Origin: an uncultured Verrucomicrobiae bacterium
GTDB lineage: Bacteria; Verrucomicrobiota; Verrucomicrobiia; Limisphaerales; JAFGQR01
NCBI GenBank assembly: GCA_963788655.1
Contig: CAWBHS010000008.1
Span: 25,989 to 89,988 of the forward strand
Direction of reading: 5' to 3'
DNA: 64,000 nt
Made by a program: the position numbers and the translations under genes. Shown here piece after piece: positions 9,986-21,275 of the stretch (positions are counted from its first letter, which is position 1; the number at the start of each line of letters is the position of its first letter). Below the pieces are notes generated by a model that saw nothing but the letters and a program-made list of their open reading frames with translations, did not search any database and had not been told where the DNA came from.

Positions 9986-12130
9986 TTACTGCGATTCCCA
10001 GGCGGACTTCAGTTCATAGACTTGCAGCGCGTTGATCTTGGCGGTGCCACCTTTGGTATAGATTTCCAGCGAACGGTTGTCCTGCGGGACGATCATGCCC
10101 ATCGGCATGTACAGGCGGCCGTCGTTGCCGAAAATGTCAATGGAGGTGCGGTCCACCATCAGCCGGAGACGAATTTTGCCGTCCACCGGCTTGAGAGCGG
10201 CCTTTTTACCCCGGCAAGCAAGTTCCTGTTTCTTCGCGTCGTAATTGACCGTGACGCCGCGGAGGTTGAAGCCCAGTTCAGCCGCGTCGCCGAGAGTCAA
10301 TTCCGCGGTGAGATCGAGGAGTTCCCCCTTCACGTGGGCGAGAGGATTATCGCCAGGGCTGAGCGGCTGCGGGGGGATCGTGTGAGATTTCGCGCGCAGC
10401 GAGTTGTGTTCCTTCACCGGAGTTGCAAACAGCCGCGATCCCTGGTCGGTGGAGCGCAGGGTGAGTTCCACCGGCAATCCCATCATCTGGTTGAATGGCA
10501 TGCCCGGCATGTTCATCTGTCCCCACGGAATAAGAATGCGCCGGCCGTCCGCCGGGGGAATGTCCGTGAAGGTCTGCGAGGCATACCAGCAATTGCCGTA
10601 TTGCATGGGGTGCGGTCCGGATTCCGGCGTGAAGGTCTGGCCGTCGAACTTGCCGACGAGATAGCGGCCGTTGCCACCGTAGAATACCCAGCGAGTGTTC
10701 TGCTGGTGGCCGTCGAGAGCGATCTCGAAGAACTCGGGACACTCGCTGGTGCCGGGGATTTGCACGTCGCTCATCTTCTCCCACTGTTTCAGGTCCGGCG
10801 AACTGAAGAGGGCGTAGTCGTTCTTGTCGAGATACAAGGCCATGATCCATTTCTTACCCGGCGCATACCAGATCACCTTGGGATCGCGATTGCTGCCAAT
10901 GATGTGGGGCAAAACCGGATTGTGCTCGTACTTGGTCCAGGTGCGGCCACGGTCGTTGCTGTAGGCGATGCCCTGGGTGAAGGGATTGCCCGCCGCCGTG
11001 AAGATGCAGACGAGGACCTTCTCCGCGCCGGTCTGGAAGCCGGCAGTGTTGTTCCAGTCCACCACCGCGGACCCGGAAAACATGGTGCCGTGCTGGTCGG
11101 GATAAAGCGCCACCGGCAGTTCCCGCCAATGAACCAGGTCCGGGCTGACCGCGTGGCCCCAGTGCATGTTGCCCCAGGCCCAGCCGTAGGGATTGTGTTG
11201 GTAGAACAAGTGGTATTCGCCTTGGTAAAAGACCAGGCCGTTGGGGTCATTGTTCCATCCGCGGCGGGAGGAAAAGTGGAACTGCGGACGCAGCTTCTCA
11301 TGATAGAGGGTGTCCGGGTTCTTGATCGCATTGGACTGGTCGATGGATTTCAAGCCGGTGGAATCTTCGGGCAGCTTGTCCACTTTGAGCGTGGCTTGCT
11401 TGCCTGCAAACGGCGCGATGTCCATGAACGCCCACCAATCCGGCTCGCCATCGGCCAGTTCGATGTCGAAGTCGCGCGGCGGCTGGCCATCGACGACCAA
11501 CCCGCACCTGGCGTTTCGGCGCTCCGTTCTTCACGGGAAGTTCAGATAGCGTTTCGTCAACGTTATCTCGCGCGTCACGTTGGTCAGCATGCCGGGCGGC
11601 TTGCGGTCGGTCTGGACGATCTGGTCCACGTTGATGTGGCCCCAGCCGCCCTTGGCTTGGTCCACGATCTGGATCACGGCCATTTTGCCGGCGAACTCCC
11701 CTACGTCCCACGAGGCCGGCGCGAGCGCTTCGCTGCCGCCCGGTCGGTCGTTCGGACCGGTGGCGTTGCGGACGGCCTGGCCCTCGACGAGCAGGTTCAT
11801 GCAGGTCTTCTCGGCGTTCATGCCACCACCGATGAGAAAGCTGATAAACCGCCGCTCAATTTTAAACTCCGGCGACGTGAGCGTGCCGGTGGTGACGTCG
11901 CCTTTGAAGAAGGAGTTGACAAGGCCCTGGCCCTTGAAGCCGCTCACCGGCATCTGATTGGGCAACGTGCCATGCGCCGGGCCGGGGCCGAATGCTTCGC
12001 CGGTGGTTTTCCACTGGCCGTAGTCCGGGCCTTCAAAGTCGGCGATCAGGAGGTCGTCTGCGGCGTCCAAGCCGGGCACGGTCAGGGTGGCGAGGCAGAG
12101 AAGGATCATTGGCGACAGTCTTTTCATCAT
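9986..12130 (-). CDS. GH32 beta-fructofuranosidase/levanase with an N-terminal accessory domain; frameshift near 11500-11535
   Basis: WNNDPNG, FSGS, RDP and ECP catalytic motifs; signal peptide MMKRLSPMILL in the upstream frame. Confidence 0.9.
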
Positions 12131-12272
12131 CGTATGCACTATTCGGTTCCTACTTCGGTTTTCGATTGGGCCCATTGAATCCGTCGGCGGGCAGGGACAG
12201 CCAGAGATTAAGCCGCCGTTTCGCCGAAGGGAAGCCAAGATCGCCGAAGCCCAGCGGCGCATCCCCAGACCT

Positions 12273-12366
12273 AAATCCCGGAGGGACGCTCGAAAATAGC
12301 CCAGCGATTCATCGCTGGGACCACCGCCAACAAATCCGCACAAGCTCCGGAAGGGCGAAAGAAATC
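12273..12366. repeat. REP-like palindromic repeat
   Basis: aaatcccggagggacg...cccagcgattcatcgctggg...ctccggaagggcgaaagaaat; internal palindrome CCCAGCGAT/ATCGCTGGG. Confidence 0.6.
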
Positions 12367-12369
12367 GTC

Positions 12370-12476
12370 GCGGTCGCCAAGTCGGCGTCCAGCAGCACTT
12401 TCTCACCGCGCACAAGGTGCATAAGCCTTTCGATTTTTTCCGGCGGAACCAGTTGGGTTGCGGTTGAGATATTCAT
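12370..12476 (-). pseudogene. ORF6N (KilA-N-like) domain gene fragment cut at the REP-like repeat
   Basis: MNISTATQLVPPEKIERLMHLVRGEKVLLDADLA, then reads into repeat-derived sequence. Confidence 0.7.
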
Positions 12477-12736
12477 AGGACAGTGGATTCGAGATGCTGC
12501 CGGCACTTTGAGGTTCCAATTTGGAACTTCAAACCATCCGCCTTAATCGCCGTGAGTTGGAACATGAAATCGTCGGGAAAGCGGTCAAGATTACGCTGAA
12601 CCGTCTGGTTGAGGTTCTTGATCTCCACACCATAGAGCGCGGCCAGATCGCGGCCCAGCATCACTCGTTGGCCGCGAATGAACAGGATCGCCTGCTCGAT
12701 GGATTCCCGTTGAAGTTGGGTTCTCAGTTCCTTCAT
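12473..12736 (-). pseudogene. ORF6N domain protein, C-terminally truncated
   Basis: IRGQRVMLGRDLAALYGVEIKNLNQTVQRNLDRFPDDFMFQLT; lacks the usual PYAFTEQG part. Confidence 0.75.
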
Positions 12737-12863
12737 AGCGCCATGGTTGAAGCGTATTGGTTGGCCCCATCCAATCAACGTAACAATTCGTCGTCCCCAG
12801 TTAGCGCCGCACCGTGTCGCACTTGCCGGCAAAAGGCTCCTGTTTTTAAAACTCCAACCGGCC

Positions 12864-12951
12864 CGTAGCAGCCGACGTGAGGAGGCTCATTTTTCCTCGG
12901 AAAACCGTGCTGCTTCCGATAAGAATGAGCCTCCTCACATCGGCTGCTACG
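12864..12951. repeat. GTAG-type REP hairpin with 28-bp arms
   Basis: cgtagcagccgacgtgaggaggctcatt ... aatgagcctcctcacatcggctgctacg, one mismatch; same arm again at 21004. Confidence 0.85.
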
Positions 12952-12972
12952 ATTTTTCAAACAGGCTCTTAA

Positions 12973-15603
12973 TTACGGAGCGGCTACCGAGGCCATGGTT
13001 TCCAAACGCCCATTCACCCGAACCTTGACCGGGCACGGGGCAGGGGAGCGGATGGTAAAGGTGACGACCTTGCCGTCCTTCCAGGTGGCGTCCACCGTGA
13101 AGTTGCCGCGGGCCTTCAGTCCTTTGAACGAACCGCTGGCCGCCCACGCCTTGGGAATGGCGGGCAGGATGGCGATTTCACCGGCATGCGACTGCAGCAA
13201 CATCTCGGCAATGGCGCCGGTGATGCCGAAATTGCCATCCATCTGGAACGGCGGATGAGTGCAGAAGAGATTACCGAGCGTGTTGTAAGTGAGCAGTCCG
13301 CGCACCATGATGCCGGCGCGTTCGCCCTCACCCAACCGGGCCCACATCGCGCAACGCCACGGCCAGGTCCAGGAGCGGCGGCTGTCGCCGATGGTGGTAT
13401 CGACGCGGAAAGGTTTGTCCCCATGATCGTTGCTGCGGGCCTTGAGCGACACGATGGCGGCCTGGGCGAGCTTCGGCGTTCGGGTCAGGCTGATTTGGCG
13501 GCCCGGATAGACGGCGAAGAGGTGCGAGGTATGGCGGTGCGTGTCGTTAGGTTCGTCTCGGTCGATCTGCCATTCCTGGAGTTGACCCCATTTGCCGATT
13601 TTGTTGGGCGCGAGATGCGTCTGCAGGTCCGCAATCTTCGCTTGGTAATCGGCGTCGATGCCGAGTGCCTTGGCGACATCGAGATAGTTTTCGAACAGAT
13701 CCCAGATCAGTTGCTGGTCGTGCATCACGCCGTCTTCGCGCGGGCCATGTTCCGGTGACCATCCGTTGGGGGCAACGAGGGTGCCGTCCGGCAGGCGCTT
13801 AAGACGGTCTTCCCAATACTGGCAGATCTCCTTGATCACCGGGTAGGCGGTCTTGGCCAGGTAATCCCGATCCTGGGTGAACGCCCAATGCTCGTACACG
13901 TGCAAGGCGTACCAGGCGCTTGCGGGGATGTTCCATTGCCAGCCGTTGCCGCCGAAAATGTTTTGGCTGGTCCGCGCGGTCCAGCCGCGGGTGGTTTCGC
14001 CAAAAGCCTTGCGGGTCGCAATGCGGCACGGTTCGCGGGCGGCGACAATGAAGTCGATCAACGGTACATGGCACTCGGACAACGCCGTGGATTCGGCGCC
14101 CCAGTAATTCATCTGGACGTTGATGTTGTTGTGATAGTCGCTGGCCCAGGGCGGATGGTTGCTGTCGTTCCAAAGACCTTGCAAGTTGGCGGGTAAGCCA
14201 CCGGGACGCGAGCAACTGGCCAGCAGGTAACGGCCATATTGGAACATCGTTTCCTCCAGGTCGGGATCGGCTTCGCCCGTGGCAAAACGTTTCAGCCGCG
14301 CATCTGTCGGCATCGCCAGAACTTCCCGGGCGGTGGCGCCAATGTCCAGGGTAACGCGGCGAAGCAACGCGGAAAGGTCTGCAATGTGCGCGCTCCGCAG
14401 CGTGTCGTAGGACTTGGCTTGCGCGGCGGCGAGTTCCTGCTCGACGAGCGGCAGCGGATCGGCACCGCGCCAACCGGCTTCGTAATCAGGCTTGTAGTTG
14501 GTGCGTGCAGCCAGCAGCAAGGTCAGGTCGTCGCAATTAGCGAAGGCGATCTCGGCGCCATCCACTTTAACGGTCCCACCGGTATGGAGCACGCGGACGC
14601 TAGCGGCATGTTTGAGCTGGTTGGGCATTTCGCCGGCAAAGGTTAGACCCGCTTCCGTCGCCTGGGTTTTAGCCTCCTGGGCGGATTGCAGGTTGATCCT
14701 TCCGGAAAGCCTACCCGGCTTGCTCGCGGTGTAGCGAAAGACCATCACCTGGTCGGGATGACTGGCAAAGGCTACGCGGGTGAACTTCACGCCGTCGTGC
14801 GTGAAGGTGGTCGTGTGGATGCCGTTCGCAATGTCGAGCGCGCGACGATAGTCGGATGGGGCCGGGGTGGCGCCGGAAGTGATCGGGGCCCCGGTCAGTT
14901 CGATCTCGGCGACCTGGAAGTGATCGCGGTTCCCGGTGTCGAAGGCAAAGCGGTAGCACCGGCAGGCCTGCGGATGGGCGACCTCAAAGATCCTGGCCTG
15001 GAACCGCTTTTCAAAAGGCTGGCCCAGTTCCTGGTGATCCAGTCGCTGCCAGGTCTCGCCGTCGGCTGAACCTTCCAGAACCCACGATTGCGGATCGCGT
15101 TCTGCCACATCATTGGCGCTGGTCAAAGTGTATGATTTGACCAGTTTGGTGGTCGGGAAGGTTACCTGCCATACGACCTGAGTGCCGGGATTGGCAACAC
15201 ACCACTTGGTGTCGGCCCGACCATCCATACACAAGTCGATCCCTTTGCCATCGCCCTTCGCATGGCCGCTGGGGGATTGAACCGCGGGCTCGTCGGAATC
15301 GGCGTCCCACAGGATCATTAGATCGCCAAAGTTGCGGTAGGAACCAAAACCATGGTCGCCGCACTCATAGGCGCCATCCCAGTTGTTGTCGCCCGACCAC
15401 AAGCTTTGCTCGTTGAACTGGATGCGCTCCCGGGCGACGCCGCCGGAGATCAGGCAGCCCAGGCGGCCATTGCCCAACGGCAGGGATTCTTGAATATGCC
15501 GTTTGTCACTGGCAGGTTGCCGATACCAAAGCGTCAAGTCGGCCGCCGAACTCGGCATGGCCGACAAAGTCCAAAACAAAAGAATGAGCAAGCTTGGTTT
15601 CAT
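12973..15603 (-). CDS. GH95 alpha-L-fucosidase with an inserted F5/8-type C (CBM32-like) domain
   Basis: LPLGNGRLG, FQYGRYLLASCSR, ANLQGLW, YHNNINVQMNYW, SPEHG, HRHTSHL, PFQMDGNFG. Confidence 0.93.
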   Translation of the reverse strand: MKPSLLILLFWTLSAMPSSAADLTLWYRQPASDKRHIQESLPLGNGRLGCLISGGVARERIQFNEQSLWSGDNNWDGAYECGDHGFGSYRNFGDLMILWDADSDEPAVQSPSGHAKGDGKGIDLCMDGRADTKWCVANPGTQVVWQVTFPTTKLVKSYTLTSANDVAERDPQSWVLEGSADGETWQRLDHQELGQPFEKRFQARIFEVAHPQACRCYRFAFDTGNRDHFQVAEIELTGAPITSGATPAPSDYRRALDIANGIHTTTFTHDGVKFTRVAFASHPDQVMVFRYTASKPGRLSGRINLQSAQEAKTQATEAGLTFAGEMPNQLKHAASVRVLHTGGTVKVDGAEIAFANCDDLTLLLAARTNYKPDYEAGWRGADPLPLVEQELAAAQAKSYDTLRSAHIADLSALLRRVTLDIGATAREVLAMPTDARLKRFATGEADPDLEETMFQYGRYLLASCSRPGGLPANLQGLWNDSNHPPWASDYHNNINVQMNYWGAESTALSECHVPLIDFIVAAREPCRIATRKAFGETTRGWTARTSQNIFGGNGWQWNIPASAWYALHVYEHWAFTQDRDYLAKTAYPVIKEICQYWEDRLKRLPDGTLVAPNGWSPEHGPREDGVMHDQQLIWDLFENYLDVAKALGIDADYQAKIADLQTHLAPNKIGKWGQLQEWQIDRDEPNDTHRHTSHLFAVYPGRQISLTRTPKLAQAAIVSLKARSNDHGDKPFRVDTTIGDSRRSWTWPWRCAMWARLGEGERAGIMVRGLLTYNTLGNLFCTHPPFQMDGNFGITGAIAEMLLQSHAGEIAILPAIPKAWAASGSFKGLKARGNFTVDATWKDGKVVTFTIRSPAPCPVKVRVNGRLETMASVAAP

Positions 15604-15676
15604 TGAATCTTCGCGGTTTATCGTGTGTTGTTATTGTGATGGCGAGCTGCTCGATTGGTCAAGTGAACGATCAAAT

Positions 15677-15910
15677 GCCGTTGAACGGTTGGCGCCAGCG
15701 GTTCCCCGCACCCTGACCCTCTCCCCAAGGAGAGGGAAAAGTTATTGAGCCCGACTGGTTCTTTGGGGCCGACGCGGTCATCCCCGCCTGCTTTGGGATA
15801 CACGCCTCGGCAACGAAGCTTGGGAGCGCGGTCGTTCTCCGCGGCGGGCGCCGAACATGCTTCCGCTCCCCAAGGGAGAGGGTTGGGGTGAGGGGGAAGG
15901 TGATGGCCGC
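15677..15910. repeat. About 230-bp REP-doublet element, copy 2
   Basis: Colinear with 8246-8476, including the spacer ctgctttgggatac.cgcctc.gcaac.aagc.tgggag. Confidence 0.8.
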
Positions 15911-16004
15911 CGTCCACGCGGGCAACGATTCGCACCGGTGCCGGCCAACCCGCTCTGGCTTTGAGCCGTTCATCGGTTCAAGCTTCCGGCTTTGCCGGAG
16001 GTGG

Positions 16005-18476
16005 CTGACTCCCATCGTAATCACCGTGACCGAATGCGGTGGGAACACGTAACGGCTCGCACCGTTGTTGATGGCGTGCTTCCACTCCCGCCGTTTCGGA
16101 ACAATGGCGTTAGGCTGGGCGGCGGTGTTCCTGGCTTCCAGGGCGCCCGATAATTCGGTCACTTGCGCCACTTGTTTTTTGGGTACGAACCCGGCCAGAT
16201 GGATTTGCGCTAGCATGGCCTTGTCGGTTGGATTTACAATCTGAAGAACCAGCGTCCGGCCGTCGTCGCTGCGTTTGGCGTTCACGTCGAGCGTGTCCTT
16301 GGCCGCGGTTACCTGGCATTGGACCAATTGCGGCAGGTAATTGTGGGAAAACATTTGCGTCACGTAGCCGGGAGGCTGGAGCCAGACTTGCGAAAGGGTT
16401 CAGGAAGAGCAGCCCCTGGTTCCAATCGTTGTCGTTTTGACCATCGGGCTGGAGACAGTTCGCCGAGGTGGCGATGAGGATTCGTCCGTCCCGTTCGACG
16501 ATGTTGATGGCGACGGCATTGGCCAGCGCCCGCCGCTGGGAATGGTTTCCCGCATTGAACTCGAAAATCACCACGCGGTGTTTCGCCCCGTCAGCAATCC
16601 GATCAAGCGCGTCGAGGTAGCTCAGCGTGCCGCCAAAATCCGGGCGGGGACCGTCGGTGCCGATGTGAACATCGAACCACACCTCGCGATGGTGCTGCTT
16701 GGCAAGTTGCAGAATCTTCTGCTGGGCCGCGAGGCTGGTGATGCGTCCGGCAGCGCCTCGGAAATTGAATGGATCCTCAATCTTTTGGCCGTAGCCGAAA
16801 TCGCCGACCACGAGAATGATCTCCGGGTCCTTGGCCCACACGGCTTCGGCCATCAGTCTGAACTTCTGCCAGTAATCCTCGTTCACTTGCTCCTCATTAC
16901 CGAGTTCCAGATATTTCAACCGGTAAGGAGCGGGGTGTCCGTCAGCGGCACGCTTACGGCCCCATTCGCTGTCCTTAGGCCCGTTGACGTATTCGATGAA
17001 GTCCGCCATGTCCTGCGGCGTTTCGCCCATGTTGACGTCAGGAATGCCAAGGAAACCGGCAGCCTCGCAGAAGTTCAAAAAGTCGAAGATACCCCAGCCG
17101 TTGGACGAATACGGATACCACCAGCCGGTGTAGGGCGGGCGCTGTTCCCGTGGTCCGATCATCTTCTTCCAGCGATATTCCGCCGCGTTCACCATGCACC
17201 CGCCCTGGCGCAGCACCGTGATGCCTTGATGGATGAGCCCTTCGGCCACGTCACGGCGCGTGGGCAATCCTTTGAAACGTCCCCATTTGCCCGGTTGCAG
17301 AAATGCATAGCCCACCGTCACCGAACCGGGGCGTTTCAGCTTGAGGGCGAAGCGGCCTGCCTTGTCGTTGCTGTCGGGTTTCAGTTTGAAATCAAGACGC
17401 CGCCAATTGGAGCCCGAAACCTTCAAGCGTTTCTCGGCATAAACCTTGCCGCCGTCGCGGCTCTCCAATGTGACGAAAAGCTCAGTCGGCTCGGTGGCGC
17501 GGACACAGACGAAGCCTTCGTAGGCTTTGCCTTTGACAAAATTCATGCCCCAGCGGTTGAGGCTCTGATTTTCGATGCCGATTTCACCGTTGCCGCTGAT
17601 AAAGGTGAGGCGCTGGCTCTGGCTTCCGGAGAAGGCATTTTCTTCTTCGAGCTTGAACTCACCGTTCGCGCTACCTCTTCGTAAGGCGCGCCATATACCA
17701 CTGACGCCATCACCGAACTTGTCCGCGGCCGCGATGGCAAATTCATATTTCCGAGACTCCCCACCCGTGGTGATGGTCAGATTTCGATACTGCGCCTCCC
17801 GCTGCCAAGTGCGCAGACCTACTGTGCCGGTTTCCAGGGGACGCTGTGTGTCTTCGTAGCGGGTGATACTCTGGCCATTGACGAGGACCTCGACTGTTTT
17901 GCTCGTCATGCGCACCGTGAGTTTGATCCATTGGTTGATCGGTACTGCGCAAGGCATGTTTCGGATCGGCTCCCAATTCTGGCGATGGCGTCCCAGGACC
18001 AATCGTCCGGTGGTCTCCAAGGCAACTTCGTAGCCGGTGAAGCGATCAGCGCCCGGACCGGCCTGACTGACCTTAACGATCAGTCCGGCGTTACCACTTT
18101 TCTTCTCAGCAAAGTACACCTCGACACTCGCTTCGCCTTCGGCAAAGGAAGGGGCGTCGCATAGCAGCTTGGAACCATCTCCCCCCGCGGCGTCCAATTC
18201 GCCATCCTTCGGCACCCAGCGCCCGCCATAAGCCGTGAAGCCGCGAAGCGGTGGCGGCGGCGCTGGCTCGGCGAAGCTCTCGCCGAAAATCATCTGGCTG
18301 TCGATGCCGCCATAGATTTCGTGGTTCACATCCTCGATGCACGCCCCGGTGAGGTACCGCGAGACACGATGAAGGATTTGGTCGGCTTGTACTTCGATGC
18401 GGGCTTCCTGGGCTTGAACGCCTACCAGAGAAATCAGCGTGGCCAGGACGATCGTGGAGTTGATGAGATCTTTCAT
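16005..18476 (-). CDS. GH51-like alpha-L-arabinofuranosidase with an inserted DUF1080/ConA-like domain; frameshift near 16395, 3' end approximate
   Basis: IEDVNHEIYGG, YLELGNEE, IFEFN; C-terminal domain continues in ORF 15671-16363 (FPPHSVTVI). Confidence 0.8.
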
Positions 18477-18535
18477 GGAGGTCTTTATATGCTACTTGGT
18501 GATGCTCGTGGTGGCGGGCCAAGGCTCGTGTCGAT

Positions 18536-20961
18536 TCACTCTACCTTCCATTCGAGGATGCCTCCGGACCACTCGGATTGCAGTTGAACTTCGAGCCGGA
18601 GAGCCTTGGTTTCAACTGGATCAAAGGCAACCCGGTTGAAATGGTCCATTGCCACGCCGTAAGCGGAAGCACCATGGACCGGCTTCCACGCGTCACCAGA
18701 TAGGTAAAGTACGCGCCAGGACTGTGGCACCCGACAGTGCGCATGAATGCGGCGCTCATCCCACCAATAGACTTCGACGGTGGAAATCTTCGTGGGACGT
18801 TCAAAATCGTATTGCACCCATTCTTTGGTGCCGCGGTGGTCCCACCAAGTGAAGCGAGGAATCTTGGTGTCATCTGAAGCGCTGGGCTCGATCTGGTCGT
18901 TGAGCGCCGACACCGTGTCGTTTTGCCAGCAATGCGGCGCAGACGGCGTGGCGAGCGACGCTACCGTGGGCGATGGTAACGGCTCGGCTTTGGAGGTGGT
19001 TTCGGCCATCCAGACCCTCATTTCACCCGGCTGCCGGTTGGCGTTGGCGAAATAGGGGATCGCAGTAAACTCGGTATTGGTCACGCCGGGAACGGAACCT
19101 GACGGCAAGTAAAGCGACTCCGGCCATGCGACCCGGTGCAGAGCCAACGCCGGGCCCTTGATGACCGTCACACCACCCAGCAGGTCCGCGCGGTGTTCCG
19201 CCTGCAGCGGTGCTTCAGGCGGGATGACCAGGTTGCGTGTGTGTCCATGGTTGTCCACCGCTTCGAGACAATACACCAGCGGGCCGCGTTGGAGCGCAAC
19301 TCGGCCAATGTCGGCTTCCACCTGGGGATGGGCTTTGATTCGTTGCACGGGCATGGGCAGGGAAAGTTCCACGACATCTCCGCGCCGCCATTGACGCCGG
19401 AGGCGGGCGTAGCCGTGGATTGTCTCGAAGTTCGCCAACGGATTGCCGTTCACCCGCAAGGTTGGCTCAATGCACCAGGCAGGCAGACGCACGTTGAGGT
19501 TAAACTCGGTTTCCCGTTCCGGTTCCAGGGTGAGTCTGATCTCGACGTCCCAGGGGTAGCGCGTCGATTGCCGGAGGATGACTCGAGTCCCATTCACCAT
19601 GAGCTTGGCACGGCTGCCCATGAAAAGGTTGACGTAAATACCGCCTTCGTCTTGGGCGTAAATGTAGCCGGGCAGCGCGCCCATGATCTTGAGGAACATG
19701 GGCGGACAGCACGGGCAGCCATGCCAACTCCAGCGCGTTCGTTTCGGACCCGCTTCCAGTGGATTCTCGTAGAAGTAGCTGTCGCCCTTTAGAGACACGC
19801 CGGGCAGGATCGCATTATAGAGCACCCGCTCCAATTCATCGGCGTAGCGCGCATCGCCGAAGGCCAGGTTCATGTTCCGATGGAAGAAGCCCGCGCCAAT
19901 AGCGGCGCAGGTCTCCAAATAGCCATTGTTGGGCAAGGACATAATCGGGACCGAATCCCTCATGGCCCAGCTACCGCCCCCAGGCCGCCAATGACATACA
20001 TGCGGCGTTGCACCATGTTCTCCCAGAGCCGCCGGGCGGCGTTGAGATAGTCTTCGCGGCCGTTGACCGTTCCGGCTGCGACCAAGCCGGCGCAGAGCAG
20101 AGTCGCCCGAACCGCGTGGCCTTCGATGGTTTCCTGCTTTAGCACCGGCTGGTGGTCCTGGGCATAGGGGCCACCATATTTCCCGAAGCTTCTCCCTTCG
20201 TGGTTGCCCCGGTTCTCAATCCAGAACTCGGCGAGTCTGAGGAAACGTTGCTCGTCCACGGGCACCGGCATTCGGGGTTTCAATTCTGGCTGCTCGCGGA
20301 AGAGTAAATACAACTTCACGAGTGCCTCCTCGGGCAAGGAATGGCCGGGCACGACGTTCAGCTTCGGCGGCGGTCCCATCACGTCGGCCATGTGATTGGC
20401 GAGTTTGGTGGCGACTTCGAGCAGTCGCGTTTTCCCCGTGGCGCGGTAGTAGTGAACCGCAGCCTCGACCATCGCGCCGGCGTTATAAACGTCGTGCTGC
20501 TCGACGTCGTTGCCGCCATTAAGCCCCCAACGCTTGGTCGGTGCCTTCAACTGGGTCCAGGTGTTGAGGTAGCCATCAGGATCTTTGGCCGCCGCTCCAG
20601 CAATGCGCTCGATGTAACCATCGAGGCGGACTTCCAGGGCGGCATCGCGTTCGGCGGCCAGGAAATCGGCACTCCCGCGGATCATTTCGTAAATCAAGCC
20701 GTCATACCACGGCGGCCCACCATGATCACCGCTGGTGCCATCGCGAATCTTGTCAAAGTTGGTGAGCGCGCCGTCCTTCTCGAATTTCGTGAAGCAATCG
20801 GGAATGGTCACTTCGCGCCATACCTTTAGTTTGGGCGACCAGAAGTCGTCTTCGATGACCACTTGCTCGATGGGAACTGGCGTTAATCGACTGGCATCGG
20901 CAGCGAAGGCCGCGGCAGCCGCCACCGCCAGGAGGATGACTGTATTTAGAATCGTCTTCAT
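18536..20961 (-). CDS. GH127 beta-L-arabinofuranosidase with a C-terminal F5/8-like domain; frameshift near 19960
   Basis: EGHAVRA, YLETCA, ERVLYN, CPCCP, VALQRGPLVYCLE. Confidence 0.9.
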
Positions 20962-21002
20962 ATTTAAAGTTTCCCAGCCAATGCGGGCCTTGACATCTTA
21001 AA

Positions 21003-21192
21003 TCGTAGCAGCCGACGTGAGGAGGCTCTGAGTCTTTCTGCTGAAATTAGAGTGAGAACTTGTTTGGAAAACAGGAAAGATCGTAGCCGCTGACGTGAGA
21101 AAGCGGACCATCCGCCATGTTCTGTCGCGCGATCCGCCTCGTCACCTCGGCGGCTAGTTCAAACACGCTGTAGCCTCATGGGTCGGCTCTAA
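21003..21192. repeat. Nested GTAG-type REP elements
   Basis: Outer arm cgtagcagccgacgtgaggaggctc; inner hairpin cgtagccgctgacgtgagaaagcgga...tccgcctcgtcacctcggcggcta. Confidence 0.7.
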
Positions 21193-21275
21193 GATGCAAG
21201 TTCATGCGCCGTAAATGTGTCCGCACATAAACGGGCCTTGGCCACCTTATCGGAACTGCATTGGTCGGCACGCCA

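Noticed and set aside
9812..12178. Long antisense ORFs (also 1566-3575, 8518-9975, 22836-24362, 54465-55961, 60398-62362)
   Set aside because: They are shadows of well-supported genes on the opposite strand, expected at high GC, and show no recognisable motifs.
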